Source: Hormoscilla sp.
GTDB lineage: Bacteria; Cyanobacteriota; Cyanobacteriia; Cyanobacteriales; Desertifilaceae
Length of the DNA stretch: 34,367 bases
Assembly: GCA_051439505.1 (NCBI GenBank)
Contig: JBFRWI010000120.1
Coordinates: 1-34,367, forward strand
Reading direction: 5' to 3'
The notes beneath the pieces are model-generated. The model was not told the origin of the DNA and did not search any database. It saw only the letters and a program-made list of their open reading frames with translations. This document shows positions 26,926 to 34,367 of this stretch, in pieces. Numbering within the stretch: position 1 is the stretch's first letter; each line of letters starts with the position of its first letter. The translations under genes were made by a program, and so were the position numbers.

Positions 26926-27267
26926 CTGCCAGAGCGACCAGCCAATTCTTTTGAGGAACGGCTATTCAGGGGATACACAGAGGCAGAAATTGCCGAGATG
27001 AAGGGGTACATGACTAGCTGGGACTCATCAAGTTACACTAGCGTGACCGAGAGTATTTTAGATCATGCCTTGAGGAAAAGTTTTGACCCCTTGACATATC
27101 TGAGGAAGGCACACAACTTCAAGAAGAAAGGATCGCGACGAGTTCCCAAGGTAGGATATCGTAGTGATGGATCCGCAGTCTATAGAAAGGGAAATGAATA
27201 TTTGATCGTTCGGTCTGATGCTTTGGGAATCGAAAATATTGTCACCTATGGAGTTAACGATGAATAA
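26926..27267 (+). CDS. Hypothetical basic protein resembling polymorphic-toxin RNase tip domains
   Basis: The ORF track gives 26998-27267, but the frame is open upstream and AGGAGG (26912-26917) sits 8 nt before an in-frame CTG at 26926. Motifs W…SILDHA, YLRKAHNF, VYRKG, IVTYG. The product call is inference. Confidence 0.55.
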   Translation: MPERPANSFEERLFRGYTEAEIAEMKGYMTSWDSSSYTSVTESILDHALRKSFDPLTYLRKAHNFKKKGSRRVPKVGYRSDGSAVYRKGNEYLIVRSDALGIENIVTYGVNDE

Positions 27268-27652
27268 TCTGACGATGACCAGGTCAGCAGAACTGATTTC
27301 TAATCATATCATACATCTGTTCGACCAGTTAACCATTGATTATCAGAACAGTAAATCTGAACGTCAAAAACTAGCAGCTACTGAGACTGACTCCGAAGAG
27401 TTTACCATTTTGGAAGAAATCGAGCTGTTGACAGTAGATATCAGAGGATATGCCAGTCAAGTCAAGAACTATGGTCAGATAATGAAGAATGAAGAATCAG
27501 CAGTAACTAAACTGCAAAGTCTGGCATTTATCAATATTCCCAGCTTGGTCCAATGGTACTTAGATCCTCACCAAGACTACCCACTGCTGAAACTATACTT
27601 GAAAATGTTGGATTATTTGCGTCTGATGATTCTGGAATTTATCAAATGCTAA
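27260..27652 (+). CDS. Hypothetical helical protein, candidate immunity/antitoxin
   Basis: GGAG RBS before ATG 27260; ATGAATAA overlap with the upstream stop; 130 aa with acidic patch ETDSEEFTILEEIELL. Confidence 0.6.
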   Translation: MNNLTMTRSAELISNHIIHLFDQLTIDYQNSKSERQKLAATETDSEEFTILEEIELLTVDIRGYASQVKNYGQIMKNEESAVTKLQSLAFINIPSLVQWYLDPHQDYPLLKLYLKMLDYLRLMILEFIKC

Positions 27653-27720
27653 TGGAACATGGCGAATGGGGCAATTCTCAATTAGCCATTCGCCATTCGC
27701 TTCGGACTTTTTTACAACAG

Positions 27721-30006
27721 TTAGATATCGAAGGGAACGAAACTCTCCAACAGTCGATCGGGCGTCACTTTACTCACGATGCCCAAGATGGTATCTTCCC
27801 CGGCAATCTCAATTATAGTATTAGTGCCCAGAGCAGACAAAGTCAAGTCATCCACTGTTAATCCTGCCGTCAGTCCAATCTTATCTTCACCAACTACCAA
27901 GTCTATGACTACATCTGCCCGTCTCCTGTTAACTACATCCGCTGATGCTGACAACACAAACAGATCGCTACCATCACCGCCCAAGAGATAATCCCTCCCA
28001 GCGTCTCCACTCAGAGTATCGTCTCCTGCATCGCCTCGCAGCAGGTCATCTCCCCGACCGCCAAACATGATGTCATTCCCCATGCCCCCAGTCAAGATGT
28101 CAGCACCAACATCAGCAAAGAGGATGTCATCGTTCTGGGTACCCATCAGATTATCATCAGAGATCGATCCTCGGATCAAAGTTACTGTCTGTGGGGGCGC
28201 TGGCGTAGGTGCGATCGCCACTGTTACGGTAGCGCTAGAAGTGATTCCTCGATCATCAGAAATACTGTAAGTAAACTGGTCAAACCCAATGAAGTCTGCT
28301 TCTGGAGAGTAAATTACCGCCCCCGCACTATCATCAAGAGTGACAGTCCCATTGCCAGGTTGAGTAAAGTCTTGCAGTAAGATATCCCCGTCATCGCGAT
28401 CGTTGGCAAGCACGTCGATGGTAATGGATTGATTTTGCTCCGTCGTCACCCGATCGGCGATCGCCTCTGGAGGGATATTCCCGAAAGCAGTGCTGCCGAA
28501 GACTACGTAGCTAGCACCTGCACGCTCAATGCCGTTGGGACTAGCATATTCTGCGCCGATAATCAAGTCATCAATGCCATCGCCGTTGACATCCCCACCA
28601 CCGCTAACTGAGTTACCAGAGAAGTCAAACGCTTGCTCGCCATTGAGGGCGAAGCCATTCGAGCCGTTAATTTCGCTCAAAGATAGGGTCGGGGAGAATT
28701 CTTCTGAGCTACCAAATACCACATAGCTCTTGCCCGCATCAACAACATCAATTAATTCCCCCTCTACGGACGCTCCTGGCGCCCCGACGAGCAAATCATC
28801 AATGCCATCACCATTGATATCTCCCACACCGCTAGTTGAGAAGCCAGAGTAGTCATCGGCCTCAACACCATTCAGGATAAAGCCATTGCTACCGTCTAAA
28901 TCACTCAAAGAGAAAGTCCCTGGAAATTCATCGGAGCTGCCGAATACCACATAAGCAGATCCTGCATTGATATTGCCACCTGTATCAACCCCCAATGCCC
29001 CGAGAATCAAGTCATCTATCCCATCACCGTTGATATCTCCAGCACTACTGACTGAGCGACCTGATAAGTCATACTCATTAATGCCGTTGATGACAAAGCC
29101 ATTGCTACCGTCCAGTTCCCTCAAAGACAGGGTCTGTGGAAATCCTTCGGTACTGCCAAACAAAACATAGCTAGCTCCTGCATCCATGCCACCTGCATCA
29201 GATCCCGATGCCCCAATAATTAGGTCATCTATCCCATCGCCGTTAATGTCCCCGGCGCTGCTGACTGAGATCCCAAAATAGTCAGCAATATTAATACCTG
29301 AGATGACGAAGCCATTGCTGCCGTCGAGGTCACTGACAGAAAGCCTCCCTGGAAATTCCTCCGAGCTGCCGAACAATATATAGCTAGCACCTGCAGAAAT
29401 GTTATCATTTACGTCAGCAATAACAGCTCCGATAATCAGGTCATCAAAGCCATCGCCGTTAATATCTCCCGCACTGCTATTTGAGTAACCTAATAGATCG
29501 TACTCATTCATCCCCGCGATCGCGAACCCGTTACTGCCATCCAGGTCATTCAGGTCAATGGTCCCATCAAATCCTGCATTTGAGCCAAACAGCACGTAAC
29601 TAGAACCTATATTAATTATGCCGTTAGCGCCAACACCACCTGCACCGATAATCAGGTCATCAAAGCCATCGCCGTTAATATCTCCGGCACCGCTAACTGA
29701 GTTGCCCAAGTCGTCAGCAGCATTGAGGCCCGGGATGGCGAACCCGTTGCTGCCATCCAGGTTATCCAGGTCAAAGCTGCTGGGAAATTCCGACTGAGTG
29801 CCGAACAATACATAACTCGTTCCTGCCCGATCGTTACCGTTGGGGCTAGCGCCATCTGCCCCGATAATTAAGTCATCAATGCCATCGCCATTTATGTCTC
29901 CAGCAATGCTGACCGATCGACCTAAGTTGTCATTGACATTTATCCCGTTGATGGCGAACCCGTTGCTGCCATCTAGTTCTGAAAGATTGAGAGAATTAAT
30001 GCTCAT
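27721..30006 (-). CDS. FG-GAP (integrin-alpha-like) repeat protein with Ig/cadherin-like domain and RTX Ca-binding repeats
   Basis: Seven GDINGDGIDDLIIGA-type repeats; IDVLANDRD…YSPEADFIGFDQFTY domain; GGxGxD nonapeptides; no signal peptide (type I secretion-like). Confidence 0.9.
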   Translation of the reverse strand: MSINSLNLSELDGSNGFAINGINVNDNLGRSVSIAGDINGDGIDDLIIGADGASPNGNDRAGTSYVLFGTQSEFPSSFDLDNLDGSNGFAIPGLNAADDLGNSVSGAGDINGDGFDDLIIGAGGVGANGIINIGSSYVLFGSNAGFDGTIDLNDLDGSNGFAIAGMNEYDLLGYSNSSAGDINGDGFDDLIIGAVIADVNDNISAGASYILFGSSEEFPGRLSVSDLDGSNGFVISGINIADYFGISVSSAGDINGDGIDDLIIGASGSDAGGMDAGASYVLFGSTEGFPQTLSLRELDGSNGFVINGINEYDLSGRSVSSAGDINGDGIDDLILGALGVDTGGNINAGSAYVVFGSSDEFPGTFSLSDLDGSNGFILNGVEADDYSGFSTSGVGDINGDGIDDLLVGAPGASVEGELIDVVDAGKSYVVFGSSEEFSPTLSLSEINGSNGFALNGEQAFDFSGNSVSGGGDVNGDGIDDLIIGAEYASPNGIERAGASYVVFGSTAFGNIPPEAIADRVTTEQNQSITIDVLANDRDDGDILLQDFTQPGNGTVTLDDSAGAVIYSPEADFIGFDQFTYSISDDRGITSSATVTVAIAPTPAPPQTVTLIRGSISDDNLMGTQNDDILFADVGADILTGGMGNDIMFGGRGDDLLRGDAGDDTLSGDAGRDYLLGGDGSDLFVLSASADVVNRRRADVVIDLVVGEDKIGLTAGLTVDDLTLSALGTNTIIEIAGEDTILGIVSKVTPDRLLESFVPFDI

Positions 30007-30153
30007 ATTTTCTGTCCTGAAGATTGATAATTAAAGCTAGCAATCATGATAGGTGATTGATAACATCCCACAACAGATATTGTCAACTTGACAAGCTCAT
30101 CCTATCTGTGTTACTATACCATCTACATGGCGGACATTCAAATTAAAGATTAA

Positions 30154-31233
<1,080 letters not shown>

Positions 31234-31250
31234 TTTTATTTGACAAGAAC

Positions 31251-31279
31251 TTGTCCGATGGTCGAAATCTTGCTAAACT
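31251..31279 (+). promoter_or_regulatory. Sigma70-type promoter of the tRNA
   Basis: TTGTCC (31251-31256), 17-nt spacer, then extended -10 TG-C-TAAACT (hexamer 31274-31279), 9 nt before the tRNA. Confidence 0.5.
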
Positions 31280-31288
31280 TGAGTAGGT

Positions 31289-31362
31289 GGGGTTGTGGCT
31301 CAGTTGGATAGAGCGAGCGCCTCCTAAGCGCTAGGTCATGGGTTCAAATCCCATCAACCCCG
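31289..31362 (+). tRNA. tRNA-Arg (anticodon CCT)
   Basis: Acceptor stem GGGGTTG/CAACCCC, D arm GCTC…GAGC, anticodon arm AGCGC-CT-CCT-AA-GCGCT, T arm ATGGG-TTCAAAT-CCCAT; CCA not encoded. Confidence 0.97.
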
Positions 31363-31542
31363 TATTTGTTCGCGTCTGTTAATTTTATGGGCCTGAACCC
31401 AGTAGCCCGAAAACCAGGTTTTTTACAAAGCCTGGTTTCTCTATTTTGCCGAAAACAGTTCTGCTTCATTAAGGCAAGATGGATACAACCCGACAGATAT
31501 TACGTCTCATCACAGCAGCGACTTTAACGATCTGTTTCGATT

Positions 31543-32169
31543 ATGGTGTTTCCCATCTGCTCAGGCAAACGCACATCCCAGCAACATCGCAGACAAAAAG
31601 GCTCCCGTAACATGTTGGGCGGTTGGCGGCTCCTAGTGCTGCTACCATTACTATGGTTTGGTTCCCAGCAAATCTTCCATCTGCTCAGACCACCCCAGGC
31701 CATGTTAGTGCTGGGTGGCGCCTTAGAGCGAGAGCGGTTTGCTGCTGAATTTGCGCGCGATCGCCCCAACGTGCAAATATGGGTCTCTGGAGGCAGCAAC
31801 CGGGAATATGCTCAATGGTTGTTTTCTGAGGCGGGAGTTGACCTAGAGAGGCTGCATCTAGATTATCGGGCCACGGACACGGTCACCAACTTCACCTCAC
31901 TGGCTGATGACCTGAAAGCGCAAGGAATTGACAAAATCTATCTGATTACATCGGACGACCACATGCGCCGAGCCAGGGTAATTGCTACGATCGTGTTGGG
32001 CAGCCGGTCAATAGAGTTTAAGCCAGTGCCAGTCCCTTCCGGGCGGGAGCCCGAACCGATCGAAAAGGCCGTGCGAGATGGTGTCAGAGCCGTGCTTTGG
32101 CTCGCTACTGGTCACTCCGGGGCCCGTTTGCGGCCCTATATGGATTTCGATTTGCAATCGGTACAATAA
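31543..32169 (+). CDS. YdcF/DUF218-family protein
   Basis: LVLGG, IWVSGG, ATDTVTNF and LITSDDHMRRA motifs; start uncertain. Confidence 0.88.
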   Translation: MVFPICSGKRTSQQHRRQKGSRNMLGGWRLLVLLPLLWFGSQQIFHLLRPPQAMLVLGGALERERFAAEFARDRPNVQIWVSGGSNREYAQWLFSEAGVDLERLHLDYRATDTVTNFTSLADDLKAQGIDKIYLITSDDHMRRARVIATIVLGSRSIEFKPVPVPSGREPEPIEKAVRDGVRAVLWLATGHSGARLRPYMDFDLQSVQ

Positions 32170-32172
32170 AAA

Positions 32173-32460
32173 CTATTCCGATAATTCTTGCACGAGCACG
32201 TAAGGATCGACGATCAAGGCCCGAAACCGCTTCAGTCCGCTCCAATCAGCTATCTGGGCGGCTGTGGGTTTGACAAGCAACTCTTCGCTAATCCAATGCT
32301 GCACTGATAAGACTCGATCCTCTGCTATGGCCTCTCCCACATCCAGCAAATCCAACGGTGCAGCGACAATCACCACTACATCCCGGGCCACGTGAGGCTT
32401 GAGCCATTCCCACTCAGCCTCATCTAAATTTTCGGCTAATTTTTCTCTTAAATCTGGCAT
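32173..32460 (-). CDS. DUF2288-family protein
   Basis: AEWEWLKPHVARD, LDLLDVGEAIAED…VQHWI and ALIVDPYVLVQ motifs. Confidence 0.85.
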   Translation of the reverse strand: MPDLREKLAENLDEAEWEWLKPHVARDVVVIVAAPLDLLDVGEAIAEDRVLSVQHWISEELLVKPTAAQIADWSGLKRFRALIVDPYVLVQELSE

Positions 32461-32495
32461 ACATCTTCTGAACAGTTTAATTTGCTCCGCTCATT

Positions 32496-33134
32496 CTAAC
32501 GCCCCAAGTCGTGCAGGGCATGAATAGCAGCGACGCATTCTGCCGTTACAGCTTCTAATTGAGACCGGTCTTTTGCAGGAGGGGGAGCGATCGGCTGACC
32601 GATCCGCACCGTCACTGGCACGGGTCGGGGCAGAGAGGAACCCTTGGAGAAAATCCTGTGAGTGCCCCACAAACAGACCGGCAGTAGCGGGGCCTGAGCC
32701 TTAGCTGCAATTAAGGCCGCCCCCTGCTTGGGTGAGGTAATGCGCCCATCCGCAGTGCGGGTGCCGGACAGAAAGAGGCCAGTAGCCCAGCCATTCTCCA
32801 GAAAGGACAAGGCCGAACGAATGGCACTCCGGTCCGCCGAGGCCCGATCGACCGGGTAAGCGCCGTACAGTTCAATCCCTTGCTTCAAGACGGGGATGCG
32901 GAACAGTTCTTCCTTAGCCATGAAAGCTACCGGTCGGTTGAGGCAATTAGAGAGAATGGGCGGGTCAAAGTAGCTGCCATGATTGCTGACTACCACCAAC
33001 GGTCCTGATAGGGGGACATTTTGGGCACCGTAGATGCTTCCCTGAAAGTAGGTATGTAGCATGGGGCTGACCACAGACCACTTGAACAGGTGATAGAGCA
33101 TTAAACTCTTGACAGGCTCGCGATTTTTAGGCAT
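32496..33134 (-). CDS. plsC: 1-acyl-sn-glycerol-3-phosphate acyltransferase
   Basis: NHGSYFDPP (HX4D), FMAKEELF and FLSGTRT motifs. Confidence 0.93.
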   Translation of the reverse strand: MPKNREPVKSLMLYHLFKWSVVSPMLHTYFQGSIYGAQNVPLSGPLVVVSNHGSYFDPPILSNCLNRPVAFMAKEELFRIPVLKQGIELYGAYPVDRASADRSAIRSALSFLENGWATGLFLSGTRTADGRITSPKQGAALIAAKAQAPLLPVCLWGTHRIFSKGSSLPRPVPVTVRIGQPIAPPPAKDRSQLEAVTAECVAAIHALHDLGR

Positions 33135-33399
33135 ACTGGTAAAGATATGAGTTTTACGCTCCAGTTTACAGGCATCTTGTCTGCGAGGTCGGATCGCAAG
33201 CTCAGGGCTGTAGAACGAAGAGCGCTCGGCTTCGATTCTATCAGTGCGATCGTTGCCGAAAGCACCCCACAGGGTAACTAGGCACGCCTTTCATAGCCCT
33301 GTCATGGGCGATCGGATGGGACGCCGTCTAGCAAGCACGAGGGAATGCTAACCACTAAAATGAAATTCTCAGGAGGTTCGCGATCGAACGCAACTGGTT

Positions 33400-34242
33400 A
33401 TGACAAACATACTACAAGCGATCAAGACAATAGTTAACAATCCCGTCACAGACTTACTCGGTCACTACAAAGACCAAAGCGGCATCAACGACGTGGGCAG
33501 CGCGTTAGAGGTATTTATTAAAGATGCTTTTGCCGATAGCATAAATGAGGAAAATGAGCAAAAGCGGGTAGAAGCATATAGTGAGGCGTTTGACTATCAA
33601 GGCAATCAGAATAACCCGCCAGATGTAATCTTGAAAAAGGGAGATGCCGTAGAGATTAAGAAGATTGAGTCACTCAGAACGAAAATTGCCTTAAATAGTT
33701 CCTATCCCAAATCAAAGCTATTGCCAGATAATCCCGCGTTCACAAAGTCTTGTGGTGAAGATTGGACAGAAAAAGATATAATCTATACAATTGGCTGTGT
33801 GGAAAAGAAGCAATTAAAATTGCTGTGGTTTATCTATGGGAATTGTTATGTGGCCGAAAAGGAGACTTATCAAAGGCTGAAGAGGACGATCGCCAATGGA
33901 ATTACGGAAATAACCGATGTCGAGTTTTCAGAAACGAAGGAACTAGGCAGAGTGAATAAAGTAGACCCGATGGGGATAACATACTTGAGAATCAGGGGAA
34001 TGTGGGGCATAGAAAATCCGTTGAATGTTTATAAATACCTTGACATCGGTTATGACGCATCAGCAAACTTTCAACTGATAGCGATCATTCCTGAGAGTAA
34101 GTATTTAGATTTTCCGATGCTTGCCAGAGAAGAGTTGGAACAAATATCAATGACTGGGTTTAAGATAGCATCGGAAAAGATTAAATCTCCCAATAATCCT
34201 GCCGAACTTGTGCCAGCTAAAGTGGTCAAGTATAAAATTTAG
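33400..34242 (+). CDS. NgoPII-family type II restriction endonuclease
   Basis: GNQNNPPDVILKKGDAVEIKK, ALNSSYPK and ETKELGRVNKVDPMGITYLRIRGMWGIENP motifs of this family (the prototype recognises GGCC). Confidence 0.85.
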   Translation: MTNILQAIKTIVNNPVTDLLGHYKDQSGINDVGSALEVFIKDAFADSINEENEQKRVEAYSEAFDYQGNQNNPPDVILKKGDAVEIKKIESLRTKIALNSSYPKSKLLPDNPAFTKSCGEDWTEKDIIYTIGCVEKKQLKLLWFIYGNCYVAEKETYQRLKRTIANGITEITDVEFSETKELGRVNKVDPMGITYLRIRGMWGIENPLNVYKYLDIGYDASANFQLIAIIPESKYLDFPMLAREELEQISMTGFKIASEKIKSPNNPAELVPAKVVKYKI

Positions 34243-34367
34243 GGCGTTGCACATTTTTGGGATGATAGCAGCCAATTTTTCAACTTTGCTAATGGCTAAT
34301 TGCTAATTGAAAAGAGTAAAGCTATCTATTCATGACTATAAATGACGCTCTCAATTAACCATTGACA
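34243..34367. mobile_element. Dispersed MITE-like repeat, GGCGTTGCACATTT family (copy 2; runs off window end)
   Basis: Colinear with 19847-19967; begins immediately after the endonuclease stop codon. Confidence 0.75.

Noticed and set aside
29431..29685. Identical ~39-bp DNA repeats 216 bp apart in the FG-GAP gene
   Set aside because: Explained by the protein's FG-GAP repeat structure.
31289..31362. tRNA as an integration site for a genomic island
   Set aside because: No integrase, no duplicated tRNA 3' end seen, and the flanking genes are housekeeping.

Overview
Cyanobacterial chromosomal window, judged by dense HIP1 GCGATCGC sites; 7-bp STRR-like tandem repeats suggest a filamentous lineage (inference). 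In order it contains: the 5' part of a GumC/Wzc exopolysaccharide gene and a GT4 glycosyltransferase; an intergenic region with a perfect HLR1 (RpaB) motif; nhaS1; an orphan antitoxin with a toxin remnant; a Ser/Thr kinase-WD40 gene; a PLD-family lipoprotein; a GT-C/ArnT-like transferase with a BNR beta-propeller; acpH; and glcD/glcE/glcF interleaved with a sensor kinase and a KaiC-like ATPase plus pseudo-receiver module. A ~4-kb accessory patch follows (VapBC-like pair, YefM with a split yoeB, Uma2, a GUN4-domain gene, an unannotated toxin/immunity-like pair), then an FG-GAP/RTX protein, tocopherol cyclase, tRNA-Arg(CCT), YdcF, DUF2288, plsC and an NgoPII-family endonuclease. Best leads: (1) a 64-nt stretch with only one adenine in the GUN4 gene tail, resembling a remote target of a diversity-generating retroelement; (2) a stand-alone polymorphic-toxin-like gene coupled to a candidate immunity gene; (3) repeated inactivation of toxin and kinase genes at small palindromic elements; (4) two candidate ncRNAs. 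No reverse transcriptase, integrase, transposase or CRISPR array was seen. All family calls come from motif recognition by eye, not database searches.
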